This document shows, piece by piece, positions 51,649 through 60,965 of a DNA stretch of 64,000 bases. Below the pieces are notes generated by a model, which made no database searches, was not told the DNA's origin, and saw only the letters and a program-made list of their open reading frames with translations. A program made the translations under genes and the position numbers. The DNA lies in the IMG/VR virus record IMGVR_UViG_3300043446_004437, positions 152,025 to 216,024 of that record; one strand, written 5' to 3'. Every line of letters begins with the position of its first letter. The stretch's first letter is position 1.

Positions 51649-52581
51649 TTAATTATTTATATTTGATATTGATTGCTCTGTATTAGATTGGCCGTTTCCG
51701 CTTTGGTTTAAATTGGATGTATTTTGTGTTGTTTCTGACTTAATAAAGCCAAGATTTACTTCACTAAAGTATAGATCCCTTGCTATAAACTGATAGCTTT
51801 CTGTTATGGGCTGCCCACCGGTATTATAAGAAGTAGCCATACCTAATAGTTGTACTTCTTGTAAAACAATTTTCATTGGGTTTGCATTGTTATCTGTTCT
51901 TATTAGTCTTTCGTTAATATCGGAAACAATCATTCTATCTAAATTGTCTGAAATAATTTTTCCGCTAGTACCAGTGTAATCAATTGGGCTCATAGAAGCT
52001 TCTTGGGCACCATATAAAATAACAAAGTTAAACGGTGGGTGAGCACTAAATATATTATGACCTGAATCTTTTACCTGTTTAGCCAAAGGATCTGCAGTTA
52101 TTCTATCTAGTTGACTGTAGGCCCAGTATTTTTCTAAATTTTTTTGATCATCAACAGAATCTAATTTTGATCTCAAAGGCGATACCACACCGCCAAATGC
52201 TTCTGTTGGTGAAGGATTTTTTACTCTAACAGAAGTTGCCTTCTCAATTAAATCTGTTAATCTTCTTGGATATCTAGTATAGACAGTAAATTCTCCACTA
52301 ATAATTCTCGTACCATATAAAACAGCATCGTAGTTATAGGACCAAAAACCATACAAAGGTTGTTTCTCTTGTTTTATAGCATAATTAAATGAAGCTATAT
52401 CTAATTCATTTTCTGGTTCAAACAGTCCATCAATATAAACCTTGATGTCTTCGCCGCCAAAATAGTAGTCATAATAATTACTAAATCTTTTATCTTTATT
52501 ATCTTGAAAAGAGGTGCCAGACCAAACTGTATCAAGATTAGATAAAGGATTAAAATTTTGTTCGTAATAACTATTAGACAC
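51649..52581 (-). CDS. tail tube-like protein, paralogue 3 (310 aa)
   Basis: YFGGEDIKV..FNYAIKQEKQPLYGF..GTRIISGEFTV matches the tube motif pattern of its neighbours. Confidence 0.65.
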   Translation of the reverse strand: MSNSYYEQNFNPLSNLDTVWSGTSFQDNKDKRFSNYYDYYFGGEDIKVYIDGLFEPENELDIASFNYAIKQEKQPLYGFWSYNYDAVLYGTRIISGEFTVYTRYPRRLTDLIEKATSVRVKNPSPTEAFGGVVSPLRSKLDSVDDQKNLEKYWAYSQLDRITADPLAKQVKDSGHNIFSAHPPFNFVILYGAQEASMSPIDYTGTSGKIISDNLDRMIVSDINERLIRTDNNANPMKIVLQEVQLLGMATSYNTGGQPITESYQFIARDLYFSEVNLGFIKSETTQNTSNLNQSGNGQSNTEQSISNINN

Positions 52582-52590
52582 TTTTCCTCT

Positions 52591-53322
52591 TTAAGAAATT
52601 ATTTGATCTGTTATAAAATTAGAATAGGTTGCACTAACTGTTTCACCATCAACTGTATCACCAAAAATATTTCTATTAATCTTTAAAATATTTTCTTCTT
52701 GTGTTTTAGTCATGTCCCCATATCTTTCTTTTTCATAAGCCATGTGGACCATTGGCTGTATTCCTCTTGCCATAAAAGTATATGTTTGTTCAGTTATAAG
52801 GTCGTCAACAGACATTGTTTGACCTTCATCTATTATTGTAACACCAAATATTTTCATTTTTGCTGCGCTGCCGTATTCATTAAAAAATGTTAAAACAATA
52901 TCAAACGGTGGCAGCATGTCAGCTAGTGGCGCAAAAAAACCATTGCTTCTAGCAAGATATTCTTTATATTGTTTTATTCTATAAAATGCGTATTCATTAA
53001 ATACTGTAAATATAAGCGAACCAGCAATTGTTCTGCCTCCTTTAATAAAACCTCTAACATTTGAATGCCCTAAAGTTCTAATCGGGCTATTTTCTCTGTG
53101 AACTGAATAAGATATAGTTTGTATTTCTCCTATATCTATAACATCTCCAGAGCTAGTTATTCTGCCATCTGGGCCTATTTGGGGGATAATCATTGTAGCA
53201 ACTGTGTCCGCCCCGGAAAAGGACATATTAGAAAGTATTGATTCTAAATTTGTTGCTGGATCGTAGCTAGGTTTTATTTCAGAAAAACTATAGATACTTG
53301 AAGGTTGATTTACTTCTTGCAT
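52591..53322 (-). CDS. tail tube-like protein, paralogue 2 (243 aa; start corrected to MQEVN)
   Basis: FSGADTVA..ISYSVHRENSPIRTLG..GGRTIAGSLIFTVF..LPPFDIVLTFFNEYG; the track start at 53355 lies inside the terminator. Confidence 0.75.
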   Translation of the reverse strand: MQEVNQPSSIYSFSEIKPSYDPATNLESILSNMSFSGADTVATMIIPQIGPDGRITSSGDVIDIGEIQTISYSVHRENSPIRTLGHSNVRGFIKGGRTIAGSLIFTVFNEYAFYRIKQYKEYLARSNGFFAPLADMLPPFDIVLTFFNEYGSAAKMKIFGVTIIDEGQTMSVDDLITEQTYTFMARGIQPMVHMAYEKERYGDMTKTQEENILKINRNIFGDTVDGETVSATYSNFITDQIIS

Positions 53323-53340
53323 TTTACCTAACCAGTCTTT

Positions 53341-53378
53341 AAAAAAGTAATGCATGGGAGAGATCCCCCATGCATTAC
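53341..53378 (-). terminator. intrinsic terminator after major tube gene
   Basis: Minus strand GTAATGCATGGG-GGATCTCT-CCCATGCATTAC then TTTTTT. Confidence 0.85.
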
Positions 53379-53401
53379 CGGTGTCTTCAGTTAGTTATAA
53401 A

Positions 53402-54103
53402 CTATGGACGTATGATATTTGTATTCAGTTGCGAGTTCTTAACTGCATCCTGGCTTAAGATATCATTAAGCTTTAATGATGTTGCATCGGCATCTTTGTC
53501 TACCTTAATGGCATACATCGGTCCGAGTTCTCTAGCTACATAGGTCATTGTCTCTTCTATGACAATGTCATCCATTGAAGCGCCAGAACCTTCATTCAAA
53601 AGTTCAACTCCATAAATTGAACGAACTGCTGCTTGTCCATATTCATTAACAAAAGTTACTGTAATGTCAAATGGCGGGATTTGGTCAGCGTAGTATGGGA
53701 CTTTCTTTACGACGTCCTTGCTCCAGCCGCTGCCATCTTTGATTCCAGGGATACCTCTACCAACGGATTGTGTATCGCCAGGAAGTGTATTATGTGCTCT
53801 TGTAAAGAACATTTGTTTTGAATCTTGTGATTCATAATTTTTGTCAAGCATTGTGTAAAGTGCTGGACGATCAAATACTGTGAAGATTAACGAACCTGCA
53901 ATGCCACGCTTTCCTCTAGAAAATGATCTTGGGTTTGGTGAACCCATTGTATAGATAGGAGCTTTTTCTCTGGTTACTGAAAATGTGATTCCAGAAAGAG
54001 CACCAATTTCTACTCCACCAAATGTTGCAACTATGTCTGCTCCAGAAAAAGTTGTGTAGGTGTTAAGATATTTGTTTACTGGGTTGTATGATTCTGCTGC
54101 CAC
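53402..54103 (-). CDS. major tail tube protein (233 aa)
   Basis: TTFSGADIVATF..FSVTREKAPIYTMGSPNPRSFSRGKRGIAGSLIFTVFDR..IPPFDITVTFVNEYG; follows the sheath gene; followed by a terminator. Confidence 0.85.
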   Translation of the reverse strand: MAAESYNPVNKYLNTYTTFSGADIVATFGGVEIGALSGITFSVTREKAPIYTMGSPNPRSFSRGKRGIAGSLIFTVFDRPALYTMLDKNYESQDSKQMFFTRAHNTLPGDTQSVGRGIPGIKDGSGWSKDVVKKVPYYADQIPPFDITVTFVNEYGQAAVRSIYGVELLNEGSGASMDDIVIEETMTYVARELGPMYAIKVDKDADATSLKLNDILSQDAVKNSQLNTNIIRP

Positions 54104-54125
54104 TTGCTACCCTCCAATCGGTATA

Positions 54126-55406
54126 TTATATATTAATGGCTATTTGAACCTGGATCGAATTAAGTTCGAACGCAGGTGTTAATACGAGGTCTACAATCGC
54201 CATGTTATCCGAGGGAACATATGTGACATTGAAATCACTTTCCAACAAGGCACCTTTTATCTGCATACCGCGTAAACCGGAAGAAATTGCTGTTTCCATT
54301 GAATTTCTTACCTGTATTGTTGATGGTTCACCAACAAACTTTTGACACACTTGACGAACAAGCTGTGAAGCCTCATCTACAATTCTCTTTGTTGACAGTC
54401 TCAAATAATCTGAATTTGTAGCCGAGTAAGTTACTGCTCCACCAAATACCGCAATTTTGTTAAAGTTAAGAACTACAGTGTTTACTGCAGCTTCGTTCAA
54501 TGTTGTCTGCTGAGCTCTTGTAGGAGCATAGCGCAAAGCCTGTACGTTGTACAATGCTTTATTTGTTATACCCGTATAAGAAGGTGTCCTGCTCATTGTG
54601 GCTGCCAATGAAGCAGCTCCGTTTGAGTAACCGTAATCAGTTGTGCCGCCAGAACTAATAGTTGCATATCCAACTGGCTTTACTTCTGCAGCAACTATAG
54701 TTACATAAGGACCAACTACTTTAAAGACAGAATTATTTCTATCCGCCAATAATGACAAGCTTGAGCTAAGATGAGATGCTACTTGAGCTGGAGTTAGGTT
54801 TTCTTTAACACCAGCTACATATGGAGCTATACCCATAACGGCAATACATGGATTTGTATTTTCAGAAATTGCTTTTGTTCTATACGCTACTTTATATGCC
54901 CAATTGTTTGCTGTTGTGCTTGAGTTATTTGCATGAAAGCGATAGTCGTCTGCATTAGGTGTTGCGCCGGTTGTTGAATCCCAGTCTAAAGAGTTTCCGC
55001 CTCTACCCCAAGGGACTATGATATCTGGGATAGCAGCTTCTGCAGCGGCAAATGCTGCATCTAGCATGTTATCGTTGTTAGAAGAGTATCCTGCGGTTGC
55101 GCTCTTCAGGTAGCCATTTGTATGATCAAATTGAGTATCTGAAGGAAGAGCGACTAAATGAATTCTTTCAGCTCCTGCTGTAATTAATTCTAAAAATGCT
55201 TTATGTAAGTCAGAACCTGACCCAAACGCATCAATTACATCTTTTTCGGTTGTTGCCTGAACGACATCCAGATTGGCAACATTACCTGTGCCATCATCGG
55301 TGCTTCTTTTGGCTATCGCCACGATTCTTGGCCCTGCTGGGACATCTTGTCTTGAGACGCTGTAGAAGCGATCTCTAATTAATGTTGTTACACCTGGTGT
55401 AGCCAT
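54126..55406 (-). CDS. major tail sheath protein (426 aa)
   Basis: MATPGVTTLIRD N-terminus; C-terminal sheath motif YLRLSTKRIVDEASQLVRQVCQKFVGEP..VDLVLTPAFELNSIQVQI; precedes the tube gene. Confidence 0.85.
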   Translation of the reverse strand: MATPGVTTLIRDRFYSVSRQDVPAGPRIVAIAKRSTDDGTGNVANLDVVQATTEKDVIDAFGSGSDLHKAFLELITAGAERIHLVALPSDTQFDHTNGYLKSATAGYSSNNDNMLDAAFAAAEAAIPDIIVPWGRGGNSLDWDSTTGATPNADDYRFHANNSSTTANNWAYKVAYRTKAISENTNPCIAVMGIAPYVAGVKENLTPAQVASHLSSSLSLLADRNNSVFKVVGPYVTIVAAEVKPVGYATISSGGTTDYGYSNGAASLAATMSRTPSYTGITNKALYNVQALRYAPTRAQQTTLNEAAVNTVVLNFNKIAVFGGAVTYSATNSDYLRLSTKRIVDEASQLVRQVCQKFVGEPSTIQVRNSMETAISSGLRGMQIKGALLESDFNVTYVPSDNMAIVDLVLTPAFELNSIQVQIAINI

Positions 55407-55443
55407 GTTATTTTTGAACCTCCGACAGAATAACTCTTGTCTT

Positions 55444-55450
55444 ATAGTAA
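55444..55450 (-). promoter_or_regulatory. putative phage late-promoter motif TTACTAT
   Basis: Intergenic, 37 nt upstream of the sheath ATG. Confidence 0.5.
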
Positions 55451-55508
55451 CAAGTAACTCATAAAAATAACTATGAATATATTAAGTAAGCTTAAATTAA
55501 TATATGTT

Positions 55509-56279
55509 TTAGTGCCTTGGAGTAGCGGTATTTTCCAAATCTATAAGATTAACTGGTATATCTTGATAGTTTGGAGTTGCGCCATTTAATAGTTCTGATT
55601 CGTAAGCCATAAATTGTCTTACGTCTACCGCGATCTTTTCTATTGTATTTGCCTGTGCCGCAAAGGTTTTTTCAGTAGTCAGCATGTACGTTACGGTTCT
55701 TTTATGTACGTCTTTTACGTCTCTATTGACCTCTGAGTCCGAAAGCCTTCTTGAATATACTAGTTCTGAAGCTCCTATCTTTTTAAAGATAGGCGTATAT
55801 TCCAACATAAAATCTTCAAATGATTCTATTAAAGACTCAACAAGATAAGCGTTGTCTTGGTCGTCGCAACCTGAGTCTGGGTTAGATCCTAGTCTTTTAC
55901 CAACTGGAGACATAGCCGTGAATGCTACAACATTTTGAAATCTTTGCCCATAAACATATATATTATTATTTGTTATTTGTCTCATTCTAGGTTTTGGTTC
56001 TACAGAATGAGCTTTTCTTAACTCTAAAGAATAGACTATTATTGCGTCTGTTGAATCATACTCTTGAGTTGCTGGATTAAACCAAGTAAAAGAATTTTCT
56101 GCGCTACTAGTTGCCTTTATAGGATAGTTTGGAAAACTTTGCTCCCATAAAGATTTTACTGCTGAAATGAATTCTAAATATGATAAATTTCCTTCAGACT
56201 GAAGAATATTTGCAAAACGTGATTTATCCATCGCATCTGCAAACCCAAGTATAGGCATGTTTATCGGAAGTTGTGCCAT
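55509..56279 (-). CDS. probable tail terminator/completion protein (256 aa)
   Basis: YGQRFQNVVAFTA..IESFEDFMLEYTPIFKKIGASELVYSRR pattern and position between neck and sheath genes. Confidence 0.5.
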   Translation of the reverse strand: MAQLPINMPILGFADAMDKSRFANILQSEGNLSYLEFISAVKSLWEQSFPNYPIKATSSAENSFTWFNPATQEYDSTDAIIVYSLELRKAHSVEPKPRMRQITNNNIYVYGQRFQNVVAFTAMSPVGKRLGSNPDSGCDDQDNAYLVESLIESFEDFMLEYTPIFKKIGASELVYSRRLSDSEVNRDVKDVHKRTVTYMLTTEKTFAAQANTIEKIAVDVRQFMAYESELLNGATPNYQDIPVNLIDLENTATPRH

Positions 56280-56280
56280 G

Positions 56281-58167
56281 TTACGCTGCCGGTCCTGCTG
56301 ATAAAGAAAGATTTATTTTTTTCAAACCTAAAGAAGATGTTAAATTAATATTTAATATTAATAAACCTTTTTCGCTTGTTGATTGTTCAGCTTTAAATTC
56401 ATAATCAATAATTGATTTATTTTTCTTTAAAATAGCTAACATATTAGTAACATTTGTTACCACTTTGTCATAGCCAAATTTGCCTATATAGTCATATCCA
56501 TAAGCCTTAACTTGACTAGCAACAAAAGATGTTAATCTCATTTGTGGAAGCTTTGAAAATACCGAATTAGCATTTGCCAAAGTATAGTCTCCAGTTAAAT
56601 AAACCTCATAGACATTACCTCTACGAGCTTTAACCCCTCTATATATAGTATTTATTCCCATAGAATCTAGATCGTTTAATTGTGTTGATGTTAAATCAAC
56701 TCCATATAAAGATAACGCTCCAGGAATTCTTTTTCTTGTTAAACCCATATTTAAATCAGATTGGGCTACCATCCCAGCAACTGCCGCGGCAACCGAAGCA
56801 GTATAGGTGGAATCTATTTGCATGTGTGAAAAAACTGCCTCTCCGTAAACTGGCATAACATATCTGCCAATATCTGAAGCTATTTGTGTGCTAGAGGTAG
56901 TATTTATAAAAGTTGTATATTTATATTTAAGATATTTGCTATTTTTAATTAATTCTATATCATTTGCATTTATTCCATTAGTCCTACTTCCAATCACCCC
57001 CATTTGTACATAGCCTGTTTCGTTATGAAAATCATGGCAATAGTGAGCTAATTGCGAAAGAAAATCTACACCTTCTGTTTTAATTATGGAAGCTTCTAGC
57101 GGAACAACTATATCAATATAATCTAATTGTTTTATTATTTTATAAGTTTCAATTAATCTTTTATAATATTTTTCATAAAAAGTTTGTGGTACAACATTAG
57201 ATTGACTTTCACTAAAAATTGCATATGCTGTATTTCTATCTGGAACACTTGGCACATACTCTGACATCGGCGCTGCTGCACAGATAAAAATGTTTCTTGC
57301 TCCAGCCCCATACGCATCTAGCACGCCTCTTAGAAGGGGGCTGTTTTTATTGCCAGACAATAAATCTATTGCGTTTTGTATAGAACTTATCTTTACTGGA
57401 TTATTTATTTCTATTCCATCACCATGACCAATTAATAAGATTGATTGCATGTTTGTTTGATTCAAATCATCATATGATGGTTTATAGGATATTGTGGCAG
57501 ATTTGTTTCCTTGCCCTGTTCCAGAAGTTAAATCATATAATGTATCTTTTAATTCAAATTGCGCTATTGAACTAAGCGGATTACCATTAATAAATGTTTT
57601 AGCAACGACGGTATATATGCCGTTAAACAAAGAATTTTGGGCTTCTATATTTTCTGGTATCTTATAATTAAAGACAAATTCAGTTGTTCCATTTCTTTGG
57701 ATATAAGCGTTAGGACTGGTATTTGCATCTGTGTACTTATATGAAATAGGAGACCCTATAAGCGCTCCAGATTGATCTGGACCTCTATAGACGCTTACAA
57801 CCACATCTGAGCCACCCGCTATTGGATCATAAGATAATCCACCATTTAACAAATATGACTTAACTGATGCTGTCCCACCAGAAACTTGAACTGAAACATT
57901 TGATTCCATAGTTCTGTAAGAAAATGTTGAATCAGTAATTTCTTCTATTGTATGTATTCCATTAAAAATACTATCAACACCGGCTATTGTTACGGCTTGA
58001 CCAATTTGAAAACCGTGATTAACAACTGTTGTTATTGTTGCTTTACCATTTAAAATTTGTTTAAATGAAATATTTTTAGTATTAGTAGACGTACTTGACA
58101 CATCTTTTGCATCAGCAACAAAAGTAAATTTAAATTTAAGTTGTTGATTCTTTTTTACTATTAACAC
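56281..58167 (-). CDS. second tail-sheath-like protein with N-terminal accessory beta domains (628 aa; GTG start at 58167)
   Basis: C-terminal half parallels the sheath (LLRGVLDAYGAGARNIFI; LDSMGINTI; FSKLPQMRLTSFV..DYIGK); the N-terminal ~240 aa are extra. Confidence 0.7.
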   Translation of the reverse strand: MLIVKKNQQLKFKFTFVADAKDVSSTSTNTKNISFKQILNGKATITTVVNHGFQIGQAVTIAGVDSIFNGIHTIEEITDSTFSYRTMESNVSVQVSGGTASVKSYLLNGGLSYDPIAGGSDVVVSVYRGPDQSGALIGSPISYKYTDANTSPNAYIQRNGTTEFVFNYKIPENIEAQNSLFNGIYTVVAKTFINGNPLSSIAQFELKDTLYDLTSGTGQGNKSATISYKPSYDDLNQTNMQSILLIGHGDGIEINNPVKISSIQNAIDLLSGNKNSPLLRGVLDAYGAGARNIFICAAAPMSEYVPSVPDRNTAYAIFSESQSNVVPQTFYEKYYKRLIETYKIIKQLDYIDIVVPLEASIIKTEGVDFLSQLAHYCHDFHNETGYVQMGVIGSRTNGINANDIELIKNSKYLKYKYTTFINTTSSTQIASDIGRYVMPVYGEAVFSHMQIDSTYTASVAAAVAGMVAQSDLNMGLTRKRIPGALSLYGVDLTSTQLNDLDSMGINTIYRGVKARRGNVYEVYLTGDYTLANANSVFSKLPQMRLTSFVASQVKAYGYDYIGKFGYDKVVTNVTNMLAILKKNKSIIDYEFKAEQSTSEKGLLILNINLTSSLGLKKINLSLSAGPAA

Positions 58168-58168
58168 T

Positions 58169-58543
58169 TTAAACCTGTTTTTCTCTAGTCGCCCCAACAG
58201 TCCAATATACTATTTTTCCATTTTTTCCTCTAATTGGGGCACTTGTATCTATTACGTAAATTGTATATTTATTTGCGGCGTTAGGAATCATTTCATATAT
58301 TCTATCGCCTTCTCCTGGATTAATTGAGCCTTCAAAATAATAAACAATATCAGAATTAACCAATATACCTTCTGCTTCTTCATCAACAGATTTGGCTAAA
58401 AATCTTCCTTTTTGAAAAACACTTCTAGTAGTTACTTGTTGTAAGTTTTCTTCGTAATTACCATTGGGTTTTTTTCTTTGTATAAAAACATCATAGCCCC
58501 ATTTTTTTAAAATGTTTAAAAAAGATTTTTCAAGATTAATCAT
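58169..58543 (-). CDS. probable head-closure / head-tail joining protein (124 aa; start corrected to MINLE)
   Basis: Size and beta-strand pattern (VYYFEGSINPGEGDRIYE..PIRGKNGKIVYWTVGA); ATG overlaps the upstream stop. Confidence 0.5.
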   Translation of the reverse strand: MINLEKSFLNILKKWGYDVFIQRKKPNGNYEENLQQVTTRSVFQKGRFLAKSVDEEAEGILVNSDIVYYFEGSINPGEGDRIYEMIPNAANKYTIYVIDTSAPIRGKNGKIVYWTVGATREKQV

Positions 58544-59435
58544 AATTATGTAGACCCCTCTTTGGCATTGGGTCATACGATAGTTCTTTCTTTCTGCTAG
58601 CCCCGTATATATCCCTTTCGGTTAGATATGTAACTCTTCCTGTGTCTGGGTCTATATACTTGCCTGCATTTACTATTGGGAGTGTTGGTATACCTTTAGG
58701 CTGAACTCCTCTCGCCCCGGTTATTCCAGCTAACATTTCTTTTCTTAGAGCAGCGGCTATTTGACACCAGGTTACGGCGTTGCCTCTGCTTATATTTGTT
58801 CTTGGAAGATTTCGAGCAGTTACAGTTAAATCACCAAGCTGGACAGATACGTCATCATCACCACCATAACTATATGTTCTACTTAAATCGCACGCTGTTG
58901 CTGCTTTTATATATTCCAAACTTGTGTAATTAATATTTGATGCTGAATAAAAATCATTAAACCCATAAATATCTCTTACTTCCATAGAATGGAAATGTAT
59001 TATTTCTCCTATTTCCAATAAAGATGCTTCAGGAAAATATGCTTGCATTTCTTCTGGGTTTAAATAAATTGGATCAACATCTGGTGCAAATGTAATTATT
59101 TCATCTGCTTTTAAAGTTATTTTTGGTTTGTATTCATCGGTTGATGTGCTGACATATAACTGTTGATTTACTGTTATAGAGCTTCCACCAGGGATATTGC
59201 CAATGAAAACTATTTTATAAGTGTCAGCTACAGTTGGAGTAAAATCATAATAATATTCAGAGCTAGTTAATGATGTCGCGCTAGTTGAAACAATTTCTGT
59301 ATTATCTGATTTATATATAGCGACCAAAACAGAAGTGGGGCTAACTAAAATCTGTTCACCAGTAAGGTTGTTTACGTCAACAAATTTTACCTTTATTCTT
59401 ATTTTATCATTTACAAGAACCGTGTTTGTTAACAT
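58536..59435 (-). CDS. probable neck / head-tail adaptor protein with N-terminal Ig-like domain (299 aa)
   Basis: Beta-rich N-half; helical C-half with YIKAATACDL..VQLGDLTV; first gene of the tail operon; SD GGAG. Confidence 0.45.
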   Translation of the reverse strand: MLTNTVLVNDKIRIKVKFVDVNNLTGEQILVSPTSVLVAIYKSDNTEIVSTSATSLTSSEYYYDFTPTVADTYKIVFIGNIPGGSSITVNQQLYVSTSTDEYKPKITLKADEIITFAPDVDPIYLNPEEMQAYFPEASLLEIGEIIHFHSMEVRDIYGFNDFYSASNINYTSLEYIKAATACDLSRTYSYGGDDDVSVQLGDLTVTARNLPRTNISRGNAVTWCQIAAALRKEMLAGITGARGVQPKGIPTLPIVNAGKYIDPDTGRVTYLTERDIYGASRKKELSYDPMPKRGLHNYD

Positions 59436-59460
59436 TTAATCTCCAAGTTTAATATTTTTT

Positions 59461-59467
59461 ATAGTAA
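59461..59467 (-). promoter_or_regulatory. putative phage late-promoter motif TTACTAT
   Basis: Intergenic, 25 nt upstream of ATG 59435. Confidence 0.5.
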
Positions 59468-59473
59468 CTATAT

Positions 59474-59761
59474 TTAGCCTAATATAGATACTTCGCCATT
59501 TGTAGTAATAGATATTACTTGGGCGGACGCAATAGCGCTTACGTCTTCATCTAAAACTTCAATGGAAATAATTCCTTCTGGATTTACATCAATACTTAAA
59601 ACGCCAATTGTAGTTGAATTAGAGTAATCTTCATTATTAGCGTAAAATACTGTTATATTGTTTAATACAATTGGATTTATTAAACTACTTGCGTATATTA
59701 AAATTGTTCCATTGTACGTAACATTAGAAGAATTATATGAAATAGGTTCGTTGTATCGCAT
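59474..59761 (-). CDS. hypothetical protein (95 aa)
   Basis: ORF track; YNEPISYNSSNVTYNG N-terminus; own TTACTAT motif upstream. Confidence 0.7.
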   Translation of the reverse strand: MRYNEPISYNSSNVTYNGTILIYASSLINPIVLNNITVFYANNEDYSNSTTIGVLSIDVNPEGIISIEVLDEDVSAIASAQVISITTNGEVSILG

Positions 59762-59792
59762 GTTTTTCCAAAATTAAAGATTGTATATAACA

Positions 59793-59799
59793 ATAGTAA
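59793..59799 (-). promoter_or_regulatory. putative phage late-promoter motif TTACTAT
   Basis: Intergenic, 31 nt upstream of ATG 59761. Confidence 0.5.
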
Positions 59800-59828
59800 T
59801 ATCAATTATTGTATTCGACCAGCGTATT

Positions 59829-60899
59829 TTAGAAAGTCACCGTTCCTGTTCCAGCAGTAAATTGATAATATCTATAGCTACCATAAGTAGATGTTGAGTA
59901 TGTCAAACCTGCACCGATAGATGAAATAGTTGGCATGCTGCTTGAATAACGAATGATTACAATTCCTGAACCACCAAGGCCAGGAGTGTTACTCCACGCA
60001 GAGTATTGTGCTCCACCTCCGCCTCCGCCTCCACCAGTGTTTGCTGTGCCGTTTGTACCGCTTCCACCGCTTGAACCTCCAGAACTAGCGCTTCCAGCAT
60101 TATATTCAGCTCCACCTCCACCGCCTCCAGCACGACCAACCGCTGATCCAGTTATGCTACTAGATATTCCAGCGCCACCATTACCTGCGTATGGCTGGTA
60201 TCCGTTCAGAGTATACCCATTTCCCCCTGCTCCGCCTGCTCCACCACCACCACCACCACCTGCCTCGCCGCCGGGTCCAAAACCACCAGAATAGCCGTAT
60301 GAGCCAGCATTTCCACCTGTGCCACTCCCTGAATTAGCACCAGCCGTAGCGGTAACGCTACTAAACACCGAATTACTACCACCACCGCCAACTGTGACGG
60401 TAACAGAAGTTCCAGCGTTGATTGATAATGCTGATTCAAGCGGCTGACCACCGCCATTTGATTCGCCAGACACAGAAGAACGGTATCCTCCAGCACCACC
60501 GCCTCCTCCGCCATAATATGTTCCGCTGCTACCTCCAGTACGCCCAGTGCCGCCTCCACCAACAACAACATATTCCACAGAGAACGGTGGAGGAACCGGT
60601 GTAACAGAACCAGACGAAGAAGACGTAGCCGTTTCACTAGTCGATGATGTAGCTCTAACTGTAAAAGTATAGGCGGTTCCGTTAGTTAGACCAGTTACAG
60701 TAAGAGGAGAAGAAGACCCCGATGCCGTAAAATTTCCTGGCGATGAAGTCGCAGTATAAGTTACAGAACCAGATTTACCTTTATACGTCGATGCGGTAAA
60801 AGTTACTGTCGCCTGTGCGTTACCAGCGGTAGCCGAAACGCTCGTAGGAGCATCGGGGATCCCCCCGCTGCGAGATGCAAAAATGCCTCTAGCAAACAT
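59829..60899 (-). CDS. FN3 + glycine-rich virion/surface protein, copy A (356 aa)
   Basis: PDAPTSVSAT..LTVTGLTNGTAYTFTVRA (fibronectin type III) then a Gly-rich domain ending FTAGTGTVTF. Confidence 0.8.
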   Translation of the reverse strand: MFARGIFASRSGGIPDAPTSVSATAGNAQATVTFTASTYKGKSGSVTYTATSSPGNFTASGSSSPLTVTGLTNGTAYTFTVRATSSTSETATSSSSGSVTPVPPPFSVEYVVVGGGGTGRTGGSSGTYYGGGGGGAGGYRSSVSGESNGGGQPLESALSINAGTSVTVTVGGGGSNSVFSSVTATAGANSGSGTGGNAGSYGYSGGFGPGGEAGGGGGGGAGGAGGNGYTLNGYQPYAGNGGAGISSSITGSAVGRAGGGGGGAEYNAGSASSGGSSGGSGTNGTANTGGGGGGGGAQYSAWSNTPGLGGSGIVIIRYSSSMPTISSIGAGLTYSTSTYGSYRYYQFTAGTGTVTF

Positions 60900-60964
60900 A
60901 ATATTTTACCGCCTTTATTTTTGTTTTAATTAATATAAAATACTTGCAAACTTTACATTCCAAT
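60593..60964. repeat. ~370-bp direct repeat (FN3 coding region plus 65-nt upstream region), copy A
   Basis: Near-identical to 61766-62137 (offset 1173; about 7 mismatches) and to the sequence running off the window end. Confidence 0.9.
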
Positions 60965-60965
60965 T

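Noticed and set aside
53323-53355. N-terminal extensions given by the ORF track (53355, 23963, 58197, 58576, 62535, 62716)
   Set aside because: They run into terminators or upstream genes; downstream starts have SD sequences or stop-start overlaps.
870-55463. AACTCATA element at 870, 1685 (reverse) and 55456
   Set aside because: Orientation and spacing are inconsistent and an 8-mer this AT-rich can recur by chance; not enough support.
60900-60964. Sigma70 promoter in the duplicated upstream region of the Gly-rich genes
   Set aside because: TTGCAA is present but no good -10 lies at 16-18 nt spacing; kept only as part of the repeat.
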